Source: a virus. Taken from it: DNA of 64,000 bases. The translations under genes were made by a program, and so were the position numbers. The DNA lies in IMG/VR virus record IMGVR_UViG_3300046616_000314, positions 286,616 through 350,615 of that record; one strand, 5' to 3'. Positions 53,162-62,643 of the stretch are shown piece after piece (position 1 is the stretch's first letter; every line of letters begins with the position of its first letter). The notes under the pieces are model-generated. The model worked only from the letters and a program-made list of their open reading frames with translations. It was not told the origin of the DNA and did no database searches.

Positions 53162-53404
53162 CTACATCGGGAAGCCACCGCCTTCACCTTCATCGGGTGA
53201 TGAGTACATCACACTGATCAAATCTTGGTGTTTCAGTTTCTCCAACTTGCGCAATGCACGCATACGCTTCAATCGGTTTAGAGCCGAAAGTGTGAGCTTG
53301 GGCTTACGAGTATCGTCCAAGTTACGTTTATTCAACGCATCCTTGGCAGGATCGTAGTAAGCTGTTTGCATATCGCGTTCATCGACAAATTCAAAAATTT
53401 TCAT
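53162..53404 (-). CDS. prohead core protein (gp67-like)
   Basis: 80 aa (T4 gp67 is also ~80 aa) immediately downstream of the portal gene. Confidence 0.4.
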   Translation of the reverse strand: MKIFEFVDERDMQTAYYDPAKDALNKRNLDDTRKPKLTLSALNRLKRMRALRKLEKLKHQDLISVMYSSPDEGEGGGFPM

Positions 53405-53418
53405 ATCCCAAATCCTTC

Positions 53419-55197
53419 TTACATCGGACCCGCGCCACCACCCGGCGGGGGTGCAGCATCAGGAGCCCCACCAGGGACGCCACCACCTTCAGGGGGTGCA
53501 TCGCCGTCCAGTGCTGCTTCGTCTCCCGGTGGCAGTTCCATGTCATCACCCGGCGGGCGAATACCAACGGCGCCAAGATCGCCATCAGGTTCGCTTTCAG
53601 CAGCCGTTGTACCGGTTGCCTTACGAACCTTGTCGGGATTCTCTTCCTTCCACAGACGCTCGTTTTCCACCATTTCGTCTTCAGAGAGGTTCAAGAAGCG
53701 GGTCAGCTTAAAGCGTTCCGACAGTTTCTTGATCCCTTGAACACCGGCATAGACTTGCGTTTGTTGTAGGTCGAGTTCGATCTGACGATATTTAGTGAAG
53801 TTTTGGGGAGGATTAAATCGTAATTCAAATAGGCTTTGTTCGATTTCAATGCCGTTTTCCTTCAAGTAATACTTGAAGTCTTCATCGAATTTATTAGCAA
53901 GCAAAGCTTGTTGGCGCATACAATACTTGTTGAAACGGAATTCTTGAATAACCGCTGCACCAAGCTTGCCGTCATTATATGACACGCCTTGACCTTCATC
54001 GTCACCGATAGCCAGATACGAAGAAGGAATACGCAGACCGCGCGCCATCTTACGGCTGAAATAGCTCAAGTCGCCAATGTCACCGAGCGAATCGCCGCCC
54101 GGCAAGGTTTCGACCTTTGAGCCACGACCATCAGCCGATTGAGCAAAGTAATAGTCTTCAAGAATACCCAGAGGATTATAAGCAGCATCCATGATCGAAG
54201 ACCCGCCGCCAGTGCGGTTAGGAATACGACGTTGGTGGATTTCGTTCTTGATTTGCTCAATGTGCGACTTGGCACGAACCGGAGGCATGTTACCAACGTC
54301 AATATAGAACACGCGACGTTCGGGAGCGCGCTGAACGCGATAGATGATGATCGAATCTTCAAGCAATTCTTTTTGCTTATACGTCTTGAAGATGGGTTCA
54401 AGGATAGATTTGCCGAAGGGCCAATTGGCGTCCATGCCAACTGACAAGGAAAGGTGAACAACGTGCTTGGCTTCGATGACGCTCATTTCAACAAGCGAGT
54501 TGCCACCCTGCATGGTACGGGGATCGCGGTTTTGTCCTGCCATTTGGAAGTTCGATGAACTGGTTGTGCCACCGCCGCCAACTGGACGGCTGTTCGGAAT
54601 CAGCGAGGTACCGAACGGGGTACGATACTGAGTGGGGTCAGCAGTCTTAGTGGCAAACTTGCCTTGGAGGTTCAGGTCTAGACCACGAACGATATACTCA
54701 TCCGGCTTCTTACCTTGGGTTTCGTCAACCTTGACCATTTCAACAGCGAAGTGGTCAATCCAGAGCCATTCACCCGTTTCGGGGTCACGCAAGAAGAACT
54801 GATCGCCGTTCTTCATGGTTTGGCGGAAGATATGCCACAGGCGGCTCTTGAAATCGTTGAGCTTTACCCATTTTGTCAAGTAACTCTTGATGAGAGTTAC
54901 TTCAGTTTCATTGGCTTCTTCGGTATAAAGAATATCAAACGGTTCTTCATTCTGTTCTTCAGATTGTGTACAGAAGTCAGCAATAGTGTCCAGCGCAGCA
55001 TTAATATCGCTATCGCGGTCCATGTCTTCGTATTGATAGTAACGCTGAATACGGTTAGGGTGTCCAGCGTAGACTTCCGGCAGATAGCTTGCGTATTTCG
55101 CAGAAGCAGAAGCCCCCGCACTATAGCCAGTATTGCCGCCACTAATAGGAGTGGTTGCTACCGGATTTACGACTACAAAGTGTTTTTTCCAAGACAT
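53419..55197 (-). CDS. gp20: portal vertex protein (gp20 family)
   Basis: NRIQRYYQYEDMDRDSDINAALDTIADFCTQSEE matches the conserved gp20 N-terminal block (QR...Y..FDEMD...EI..ALDI.A.F.TQ); 592 aa with a Pro/Gly-rich C-terminal extension. Confidence 0.85.
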   Translation of the reverse strand: MSWKKHFVVVNPVATTPISGGNTGYSAGASASAKYASYLPEVYAGHPNRIQRYYQYEDMDRDSDINAALDTIADFCTQSEEQNEEPFDILYTEEANETEVTLIKSYLTKWVKLNDFKSRLWHIFRQTMKNGDQFFLRDPETGEWLWIDHFAVEMVKVDETQGKKPDEYIVRGLDLNLQGKFATKTADPTQYRTPFGTSLIPNSRPVGGGGTTSSSNFQMAGQNRDPRTMQGGNSLVEMSVIEAKHVVHLSLSVGMDANWPFGKSILEPIFKTYKQKELLEDSIIIYRVQRAPERRVFYIDVGNMPPVRAKSHIEQIKNEIHQRRIPNRTGGGSSIMDAAYNPLGILEDYYFAQSADGRGSKVETLPGGDSLGDIGDLSYFSRKMARGLRIPSSYLAIGDDEGQGVSYNDGKLGAAVIQEFRFNKYCMRQQALLANKFDEDFKYYLKENGIEIEQSLFELRFNPPQNFTKYRQIELDLQQTQVYAGVQGIKKLSERFKLTRFLNLSEDEMVENERLWKEENPDKVRKATGTTAAESEPDGDLGAVGIRPPGDDMELPPGDEAALDGDAPPEGGGVPGGAPDAAPPPGGGAGPM

Positions 55198-55271
55198 ATG
55201 AATCTTTTCGAATAGTTACAATAGGATATTTAGTTAATTATGCCTATTAACCACGAAGATTACAATATTTA

Positions 55272-57848
55272 CTATTTCATTCCGTCAGTTAATGTGCCGT
55301 TAGTCTTACGCAATAGATCGTTGTTTTCTTTTTGAAGACGCAGGTTTGTTTGCCCTTGTTGTTCCAACATTAGGCGCATTTGACGCATTTCTTTGGCTGT
55401 TTCATCCGATCCAGCGGATTGCTTAGGTACATAGCCAAGGTCGCCCGAGCCCAATGGTGCGCCGGGTAAAGGCTTGCCAGTCGGGGATTTAACAGTGCCC
55501 GAAGGTGCTTTCTTTCCAGACAGCTTATCGTAAGCAAAACCACCAATAGCTTCGCCGCCTTTTGCACCAGCCCATGCACCAATAGCCGAGCCAGCAGCAC
55601 CGCCGATGACGGCACCAATGACCGTGCCAGGACCAGGGACGATAGAGCCCACGACGCCGCCGATCAGAGCACCGATTTGTGCGCCGCCAGCAGCACCAAG
55701 GGCGCCGCCTGCTAGCCCACCAGTGAGCTTAGCTAGTTTTTTCTTAGCCTCTTCGGGCGTGATCTTTCCACTATCGACGGCTTCTTTGATTTTCACCATA
55801 TCGTTGACAGCCATACCAGCCGTGATAGCAACGCCAAGAAGACCGGCGCCCTTTGTTAAACCGGAACCGAACTTAGCTACCTTGGAACCTGCACCGGCAA
55901 CTTCAAGAACACCCGTCAGACCTTTAGAGCCATATTTTTCAGCAGCCATTCCGAGCTTGCCGCCAATGCCTTTGCTTCTGAACAGGCGTTGCTCAACCGC
56001 AGCCATACGCTTTGCTGAGCCCGCGCCCTTGCGCCAGCCCTTACCACGGCGTCTGCGTCCCTTGCCTTCGACCAGATCGTCAAGGACACCCCCGCCGCCA
56101 CCACCGCCATTGACGGATGCCGCATTGATGTTAACGACACCAGCAGTGACGTGCATCTTGGAATTGCCCATCAGCATACCGAGGGCTTGCTTAGCCTTAA
56201 GGAAAGCAACCAGACCGACGAAACTAGTCACAACCAGCGATCCGGTCTCACCCAGGAAACCGAGTTGCTTATGTACAAAGCGCAGACTATCGAGGAAGAA
56301 ACCAGCGATGAATGTTCCGGCTGTAACCAGAGCCGAACCCACCTTGAACAGCATGTCCAACATCGAAGCAAAACGCTCGATATTTTGTGGTGTAACGGTT
56401 TCAGAAATGAACAAGCCGAGATTTGTTCCGAGTTTTTCGAACAGCGGCGCAAGTTTGTCGAAGGCTCCACCTTCACCCATAGCGGATTCAATGGATTCCA
56501 GCGGCTTAAGCAATGCGTCAACGAATTTACCGCGCAAACGCTTGAACACGCTGTCAAATGCAGTAAAGAAATTCGTTACTTTCTTTTGACGTTCGATATC
56601 CGCCGAGTTTGCTTTCTTTTGCGCCGCAGTATAGACCGTAATCTCTGATCCTAATTTGATCAAAGATTTAGCAGTCGCATCACCCGTCGAAGCATTGACC
56701 TTCAGCATTTGCAGAACTTGTGGGTTCGTAAGCAATTGCTTCATCTGTGTATTGAACGACGCAGTTGCCTCATCCGGGTCCATGCCGTTCGCAATATTGT
56801 CTTGTAATTGTTGAAGGAAATCAACACCTTGACCTAAGCCTTGATCCAACAATTTCTGACCCAGATCAGAGAATTGGGGACCAATGCCGCCCGCAGTTTC
56901 AGCAAACGCTTGGGACAACATTGTACCAGCTTGCCCGGTTTGGGCGGCAAGATCATACACAACCTTTTCGATTGCTTTGTTGTAGGTTCCCATACCGGCT
57001 TTGGTTGTTTGTTGCATGGTTGCAACAAGAACTTCAGTGTCCAATGCCGCCTTACCATCTTGAATGATTTGCTCTCTGAGCTTACCCGTGATGACAGCCA
57101 TGGACGAAACACTTAGTGCGAATTCTTGAACCGCCTTGGCTTGTGACTTGGTATTCTTAGCTGATTTGTCCCCGGTCAAACGCTGAGTATCCAAGGCGAT
57201 GCCTTGGAGATCATTCATTTGTTCAAGAGTAAAGCCGTAATTACCAGCAGCATCCGTAAGCTCACGAACACGCTTGCTCAAACCGGTGAAGTCTTTCAAG
57301 CCGACGTTGGCGATAACAACACTGTTCTTCTTGATAACGGTGGCAAGTTCATCCAACGGCAAACCAGCTTGGGCAGCAGCACGAGACATCGTGAACATGC
57401 TACCGCTGAAGGTTTGTCCATAGTTGGACAGGTCTTTCATAACCTTTGCAGACTCTTGACCGTACTTCAAGAAACTCTCAAGGAAGAAACCAGCGGTTGC
57501 CATACCGCCATAGATCATCTTGTTGTTGCTTGGGCGGTTGCCCGTCATCTTATCAACAGCATTGTCGAGACCACGAGCAAACTTGCTCATGAAGCCCGGT
57601 AGGGCATTCATCATGCTCTTAGATGACGAAGTATTTTTTAGGAACTGATCAGTGCTACTCTTTAACGCCTTGACGTGATCTTGAGTAGACTTGGTATCGT
57701 CTTGAAGGTTCTTGCGCAGGATTTGACGAGCGTTCGACTTCCCGGCAGCAGTAGCGTCGAGATTATCCGCGATTTGCTTAAGCAAACCGGTTGACTTGTT
57801 CATCGAGTTAACAAGTTCTGCTAATGCTACGTCAGTAATGTCAGCCAT
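55272..57848 (-). CDS. large virion-associated protein (tape-measure-like / internal structural) with C-terminal glycine-zipper
   Basis: ~858 aa. The long helical N-terminal region is A/K/Q-rich; the C-terminal GGGGGGG...GxxxGxxxG repeats read LAGGALGAAGGAQIGALIGGVVGSIVPGPGTVIGAVIGGAAGSAIGAWAGA. Start taken at ATG 57848; the track TTG is at 57872. Confidence 0.45.
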   Translation of the reverse strand: MADITDVALAELVNSMNKSTGLLKQIADNLDATAAGKSNARQILRKNLQDDTKSTQDHVKALKSSTDQFLKNTSSSKSMMNALPGFMSKFARGLDNAVDKMTGNRPSNNKMIYGGMATAGFFLESFLKYGQESAKVMKDLSNYGQTFSGSMFTMSRAAAQAGLPLDELATVIKKNSVVIANVGLKDFTGLSKRVRELTDAAGNYGFTLEQMNDLQGIALDTQRLTGDKSAKNTKSQAKAVQEFALSVSSMAVITGKLREQIIQDGKAALDTEVLVATMQQTTKAGMGTYNKAIEKVVYDLAAQTGQAGTMLSQAFAETAGGIGPQFSDLGQKLLDQGLGQGVDFLQQLQDNIANGMDPDEATASFNTQMKQLLTNPQVLQMLKVNASTGDATAKSLIKLGSEITVYTAAQKKANSADIERQKKVTNFFTAFDSVFKRLRGKFVDALLKPLESIESAMGEGGAFDKLAPLFEKLGTNLGLFISETVTPQNIERFASMLDMLFKVGSALVTAGTFIAGFFLDSLRFVHKQLGFLGETGSLVVTSFVGLVAFLKAKQALGMLMGNSKMHVTAGVVNINAASVNGGGGGGGVLDDLVEGKGRRRRGKGWRKGAGSAKRMAAVEQRLFRSKGIGGKLGMAAEKYGSKGLTGVLEVAGAGSKVAKFGSGLTKGAGLLGVAITAGMAVNDMVKIKEAVDSGKITPEEAKKKLAKLTGGLAGGALGAAGGAQIGALIGGVVGSIVPGPGTVIGAVIGGAAGSAIGAWAGAKGGEAIGGFAYDKLSGKKAPSGTVKSPTGKPLPGAPLGSGDLGYVPKQSAGSDETAKEMRQMRLMLEQQGQTNLRLQKENNDLLRKTNGTLTDGMK

Positions 57849-57911
57849 AAAAAAGAACCCACAAATATTCAAATATATTTAGGGTCGTATTAAAGCCCGC
57901 CTTAATTGCTC

Positions 57912-57919
57912 CATAAATA
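57912..57919 (+). promoter_or_regulatory. late-promoter-like box CATAAATA
   Basis: CCATAAATAC, 28 nt upstream of the 57947 ATG; the same CCATAAATAC occurs at 6922-6931 upstream of 6963. Confidence 0.3.
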
Positions 57920-57946
57920 CCTATATAACTCTTTAGGAATTTTCAC

Positions 57947-58840
57947 ATGAGCGATGCGTTTGATGATTTTGATGAATCTGCAATGTTTTCACCAGCAGCG
58001 GTTTCGGGCAATCCTCTAGCCAAGTATTTCCGTCAGCCGGGCTTGCATATTGATTTGCCGACGCGCGGTGCATTCTTGCGCCCCGAACAATATAATCCGA
58101 CGATGGCAGGACAAATCCCGGTCTTGCCCATGCGCGCGGCTGACGAACTATTGCTGTCGTCCCCAGATGCATTGATGAGTGGCTATGCCATTGAAAAGTT
58201 GTTGGAATCATGTGTCCCAGACATCAAGGCGCCGCGCGCGATCTCTACGCCAGACCTAGACGTGATCTTGCTGGCTATTCGTGCTGCGACCTACGGTAAC
58301 ACCATGGAAATCCAGGCACGTTGCCCCAAGTGCGGTCACAATCATGAAATGGACTGTGATCTTGGTGGAATGCTGGCAGGCATGGTTCACATTGAATTGG
58401 AAGACGGTCTAGTTCGACTATCCGACGAAATTCTAGTGTATACGAAGCCGTTTGACATGGAAATCGGCACTCGAATTGCCATGGTTGCTTATGATGTCAA
58501 CCGCATGATTCAAGAGATCGAAGAAGATACACCCGAGGCAGAGCGTTCGCAAATTCGAAACGCTGCACACAAGCGTCTGACCGATCTATCGGTTCGGTCG
58601 CTGGCGGAATCGATTACTAAGGTTGTTGTGCCGAACAACACCGTGACCAAGACATCCGACATTGCTGAATTCTTGTCGAACATCCCGAAGCCTTGGTTTG
58701 AAAAGATTGAAAAGACCGTGGATAGCATGAATTCCAAGGGTCTCGACAAGGGCGTCAACGTCCAGTGCGAAGCTTGCCAGCACGAGTGGAAGTCGGACGT
58801 GGAGTTTGACCCTTCTAGTTTTTTCGCCAAGGGCTCTTGA
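57947..58840 (+). CDS. hypothetical protein with split CxxC...CxxC zinc ribbon
   Basis: CPKCGHNHE...CEACQHEW; 297 aa. Confidence 0.5.
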   Translation: MSDAFDDFDESAMFSPAAVSGNPLAKYFRQPGLHIDLPTRGAFLRPEQYNPTMAGQIPVLPMRAADELLLSSPDALMSGYAIEKLLESCVPDIKAPRAISTPDLDVILLAIRAATYGNTMEIQARCPKCGHNHEMDCDLGGMLAGMVHIELEDGLVRLSDEILVYTKPFDMEIGTRIAMVAYDVNRMIQEIEEDTPEAERSQIRNAAHKRLTDLSVRSLAESITKVVVPNNTVTKTSDIAEFLSNIPKPWFEKIEKTVDSMNSKGLDKGVNVQCEACQHEWKSDVEFDPSSFFAKGS

Positions 58841-59058
58841 GGATCACTGATCGTCAAGAGCTAGGTCAATTCTTGAAAGAATATGCAGTCGGTACAAAGA
58901 AATTGATTTTAGATATTCATGAAATCATGTGGTACATGCGCGGTTCGGTTTCGCGAGAAGAAGCATGGACACTATGCTTTGAAGAACGCGAAGCTATTAA
59001 AGAAATGATCGCGGAGAAAGTCAAAAACGTAGAGAAATCGGGACTACCGATCCTATGA
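58837..59058 (+). CDS. hypothetical protein
   Basis: 73 aa ORF. Confidence 0.4.
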   Translation: MRITDRQELGQFLKEYAVGTKKLILDIHEIMWYMRGSVSREEAWTLCFEEREAIKEMIAEKVKNVEKSGLPIL

Positions 59059-59381
59059 GCGAGTTTTCCGAAACTTGTACGTTCTTCGGTGTTCGTGCTT
59101 TGAACGAAGTGAATTACTTTGTGCTTCGCATGATCGCCGAAGATCATTCCCGCCCGGCGTGGCTGAACGGCAAGCACAAGCTTGAACTGTTGCCACGCTG
59201 GAATGAAGCCGTTCGCGGAACTGGCAACCTTTATCCAACCCAAAGCGTCGCGGGATACAAAGTCGCCCGGCGTTTGTTATGGCTTGTCGAGAATTTACAG
59301 GGTGGATGGTGTTTAGACGTAGCCGGTATTCATTTCGAAACCGATGACGATCTCGTACACTTCAGACTGAAATTTAGCTAG
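59055..59381 (+). CDS. small protein of the F[KR]LKF family
   Basis: ...GIHFETDDDLVHFRLKFS. Confidence 0.5.
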   Translation: MSEFSETCTFFGVRALNEVNYFVLRMIAEDHSRPAWLNGKHKLELLPRWNEAVRGTGNLYPTQSVAGYKVARRLLWLVENLQGGWCLDVAGIHFETDDDLVHFRLKFS

Positions 59382-59601
59382 TACCGAGTATCCACTTGCC
59401 GAGCTTATAGCAGATCGAGACACCGACAAGGGTGAGGGCGGCATACAGAACCCACATTAGGTGTGAGATCGCGTAGATTAGAAACAAGACGAATAGAGAT
59501 ATCAAACAAACCGAGATTGCAATAGCCGCCGCGCCAGCGATGACGTGGAAACACATATCGCATATAATCTTGATGATATCGGATAAAGTGTTTTCTCTCA
59601 A
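59374..59601 (-). CDS. small membrane protein
   Basis: Two hydrophobic helices, 75 aa. Confidence 0.4.
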   Translation of the reverse strand: MRENTLSDIIKIICDMCFHVIAGAAAIAISVCLISLFVLFLIYAISHLMWVLYAALTLVGVSICYKLGKWILGTS

Positions 59602-59966
59602 TTCAAGTCCTCGATATATTGCCCCGCGAGGTTATCGTTCCGGCGGACATGCAACAAAGTCAGACGCGGAAGCCGCGCTTTGACTTGATCGAAACAAGCC
59701 TTGTAGGTCTTCAGTTCCGGGGCGTTGACCTTCCACTTCCCAAGAGCTTGCTGAATGACCAGATTCGAGTCACCGAGGATGGTGATGTCTTGGTCTTTAT
59801 AGTGATCAGCTAGTTCGACCGCCGCCAGGAAAGCAATCCATTCAGCTTCGTTGTTTGTGCCGTCATGAATGCGTTGGTGAAAGCGCACGGACCCGCATTC
59901 GGAAACCACCGCGATTTCCATCTTGCCAGGGTTCGGCTTACATCCACCATCGAAATAAATTTTCAT
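59598..59966 (-). CDS. rnh: ribonuclease H (RNase HI type)
   Basis: MKIYFDGGC (first Asp), TNNEAEW (Glu), ILGDSNLV (Asp), RRNDNLAGQ (Asp); start taken at the internal ATG 59966, which abuts the upstream stop. Confidence 0.8.
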   Translation of the reverse strand: MKIYFDGGCKPNPGKMEIAVVSECGSVRFHQRIHDGTNNEAEWIAFLAAVELADHYKDQDITILGDSNLVIQQALGKWKVNAPELKTYKACFDQVKARLPRLTLLHVRRNDNLAGQYIEDLN

Positions 59967-60307
59967 TTCATACGCCACAAACACTCCGACCAGCGGAGCA
60001 AAAACAAAGGAATAATTTCCGTATCGGTAAAGAATATCACATTTGAGCCGTAACCCCAACCGTGAACTTCGGTATGTTCCAACGATAAATCAGCGGGATC
60101 ATCCGACGACAGCCACATGGGTTCCCCGTGTTCTTTCGTCATCCAATCTATAATGCGTTGAGTAGTTTCCGAACGGAAGAACAGATTGCCATCCGCAATT
60201 TGGAAGGCATAGAGGATCGGAAACTTTGGGTTGTTGCTGTCGAACTGCGCGACGTGACAAGAATACGTCTTCATCAGTCGTCTCGGAACGAAACGAAATC
60301 TGACCAC
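59963..60307 (-). CDS. small protein of the F[KR]L[KR]W family
   Basis: ...FFTDTEIIPLFLLRWSECLWRMK. Confidence 0.45.
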   Translation of the reverse strand: MVRFRFVPRRLMKTYSCHVAQFDSNNPKFPILYAFQIADGNLFFRSETTQRIIDWMTKEHGEPMWLSSDDPADLSLEHTEVHGWGYGSNVIFFTDTEIIPLFLLRWSECLWRMK

Positions 60308-60540
60308 CGTAACTTGAACTGCACAAACTGTTCATGATTAGGGAAATAGAGGATAGTTCCCGTACGAGCCCATTGGGTAGGAACAGCATCATCCGGTTTC
60401 AGCCCGTGCAAAATTGCGGGAGCACCGAACGTCGTGGTCATCCACTTTATAATATCACAGAAGTAATCAGTAGGTATTAGCCCACCATCTTTGTCCAAGA
60501 TGCTGGCAATCACCGGACCATCTTCTAAGATCATCATCAT
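60274..60540 (-). CDS. small protein of the FKLRW family
   Basis: ...YFPNHEQFVQFKLRWSDF. Confidence 0.5.
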   Translation of the reverse strand: MMMILEDGPVIASILDKDGGLIPTDYFCDIIKWMTTTFGAPAILHGLKPDDAVPTQWARTGTILYFPNHEQFVQFKLRWSDFVSFRDD

Positions 60541-60779
60541 ATGCGGTAGAATTTCTTCTTGCGCTTCGTTTTGTAGACGACTTTCCCATCATGATCGACA
60601 TACATGCCGACCAGAACATCTTCTTCGGGGGCTTCACGATACTCGCGAATCATTTCGTGCCCGTGGCGAATCAAATCATAGACAACCCGAAGGGTTGCGG
60701 CGGCGATCAGAGCCATGAACGTGACGCCCACGAATTGCATGACAATGCCGATCCCGCCTAGAATTTCTTCAATGCTCAT
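60537..60779 (-). CDS. small membrane protein
   Basis: One transmembrane helix, 80 aa. Confidence 0.4.
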   Translation of the reverse strand: MSIEEILGGIGIVMQFVGVTFMALIAAATLRVVYDLIRHGHEMIREYREAPEEDVLVGMYVDHDGKVVYKTKRKKKFYRI

Positions 60780-61069
60780 GACAGTATCGCAAACGCAACC
60801 ATCCCCAGAAGCAGTTCTATACCAAGAACCATGAAGATTGTCCCGTAAATTATACGACGAACGGTAACTTTTCGGCGATCTTTCCTAACGGGCTTGGCTT
60901 GTTCAACTTGTCGTATAGGTGAACCATCCGGCTTTCGTTTCAGGACATATACACCCGAGGGAGCCCGGTCACAGGCGGCAGTAATCGCAGAATAGCTTCC
61001 ATACTCCGCAAGAAGGGCGCGCATGTCCATCATCTTAGTCGGTTGCTGATGGCGTCGATCTAGCTTCAT
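60776..61069 (-). CDS. small membrane protein
   Basis: C-terminal transmembrane helix, 97 aa. Confidence 0.4.
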   Translation of the reverse strand: MKLDRRHQQPTKMMDMRALLAEYGSYSAITAACDRAPSGVYVLKRKPDGSPIRQVEQAKPVRKDRRKVTVRRIIYGTIFMVLGIELLLGMVAFAILS

Positions 61070-61365
61070 CGGCGGCGGGCCTTGTTGGCGGCGACCTGTT
61101 TCTTACGTCCCTCACGTGCTCCCACCATTTGACGCTCTTGGACAGACCCATTGTAGGAACGTAAAACACGCGAGTAGAGGGCGTCAACCATCTGATCCAG
61201 TTCATCGGGCGATTTTGTAGGATTGCCCCGGATAAGGTTGGCTCGCAAAGTCTTTCTAATCTGATATGACGTGTATGATTTGGTTTCTTCCCGATTTTCT
61301 CGGATCATACGCTTGCTGATTTCAGTAACAGCCGAGTGATAGTTTGTAGAGGTAAGATACGCCAT
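61066..61365 (-). CDS. hypothetical basic protein
   Basis: 99 aa, R/K-rich. Confidence 0.4.
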   Translation of the reverse strand: MAYLTSTNYHSAVTEISKRMIRENREETKSYTSYQIRKTLRANLIRGNPTKSPDELDQMVDALYSRVLRSYNGSVQERQMVGAREGRKKQVAANKARRR

Positions 61366-61448
61366 ATAGTTAATATATACGAATTATTCCTAACTCTCAA
61401 TTTTTAGTTCGCTAAATATGTATGTAGTTTATTCGGGAATTTTCATAC

Positions 61449-61943
61449 ATGGCGGTCCAAAGCAAAAACAAAGGGAACACTTTCGAACGAAAGATTTCAA
61501 ATCTTTTATCAAAGCGTTTCGCTGAGATTACTGGAATTGAGACGGCTTTCCGCCGGAACATCGATTCGGGATCGTTCTTCGGAGGCAAGAACCAACAGCG
61601 CACGGTTACGCACAATCTTGAAACCGCGACGTTTGGTGATATCGTTTGCCCATCGAATTTTAAATTTTCGCTAGAGTGCAAGCACTACAAATCGGCGCCA
61701 TCTTTTGCGTTGCTGATCAATCAGAACTGGAAAGAATTGGATAGTTGGATTGAACAGGCTTCCCAGGATGCCGCCAATGGCGATAAGGCTCTTGCGGTCA
61801 TCGTCAAGTACAACAACGTCCCTGAGATCGTCGTTCTCGATAAACTCCCCGCAGGTTTGACAGCTATCGTCAACTACAAGCAATATTTTGTATTGCCTCT
61901 GGCTGCATGGCTTGCTCTACCAGATACAGAATTTTTCGATTGA
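61449..61943 (+). CDS. hypothetical protein, possible PD-(D/E)xK nuclease fold
   Basis: GNTFERKI...GDIVCPSNFKFSLECKHYK (a D...E-x-K arrangement). Confidence 0.3.
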   Translation: MAVQSKNKGNTFERKISNLLSKRFAEITGIETAFRRNIDSGSFFGGKNQQRTVTHNLETATFGDIVCPSNFKFSLECKHYKSAPSFALLINQNWKELDSWIEQASQDAANGDKALAVIVKYNNVPEIVVLDKLPAGLTAIVNYKQYFVLPLAAWLALPDTEFFD

Positions 61944-61957
61944 GAAAAGAATAGACT

Positions 61958-62347
61958 ATGTTAGATTGTGGTATGGTTTTTAATCCGATCACCGCTACGA
62001 ACAAATCTAATAAGATGAAGAAACGCAACCGGCGAAATGTCGGAACTGCGACCAAGCATCGTAAGAAAGAACGTCCCGAGGGCGTAACTTTCAACTATGA
62101 GATCGTTCTTCAACGGGCTTCAAACCCCAATTACAGCTACCAGGGCTCGCCGAAAGAGATCGAGCGACGTAGGATGGTGGATGCCGTGATCGCCGCGACT
62201 AAGCGGATGCCGCAATTCAAAGTCATTGAAAATCCCAGTTATCGTTGGGCGATGACAACTAAGCTCTATGTTATGTCGGAAGACGAAGTGATCTTCCTGA
62301 CGCTCATGGCAAAGGATGTGATTTTCCGCGTCTACAAATATTCTTAG
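61958..62347 (+). CDS. hypothetical protein
   Basis: 129 aa with a basic N-terminus. Confidence 0.4.
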   Translation: MLDCGMVFNPITATNKSNKMKKRNRRNVGTATKHRKKERPEGVTFNYEIVLQRASNPNYSYQGSPKEIERRRMVDAVIAATKRMPQFKVIENPSYRWAMTTKLYVMSEDEVIFLTLMAKDVIFRVYKYS

Positions 62348-62643
62348 TAGATGCCGTACTTGAGCCGCATCAGACAAGCGGCTTCAATCGTTTTGAATTT
62401 GAGCGTAGTTTTGTCGTACGACCGAAGACCGAGGGTTGGTAAATCCCCGTCTAAATTATCTTCCATCCATTTTGTTACTTCCGGTGTGAACTGTGTAATT
62501 TGTTTCCCGGTACCATCCCTATAATCATTGTATAGAATATCGTGCGAAACAACGACCATTCGCATTCCGAATTCAGGGTCTTTCAAATTTTTGGCAAGTT
62601 TAGCCAGGATTTCCGTCACAGCCGCGTCCATATCTAAAGCCAT
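62344..62643 (-). CDS. small protein of the [MF][KR]LKYG family
   Basis: ...KFKTIEAACLMRLKYGIY. Confidence 0.45.
   Translation of the reverse strand: MALDMDAAVTEILAKLAKNLKDPEFGMRMVVVSHDILYNDYRDGTGKQITQFTPEVTKWMEDNLDGDLPTLGLRSYDKTTLKFKTIEAACLMRLKYGIY

Noticed and set aside
55606-56589. 327 aa Pro/Ala/Ser/Arg-rich ORF on the plus strand inside the 858 aa structural gene
   Set aside because: Low-complexity antisense translation of the Gly/Ala-rich region.
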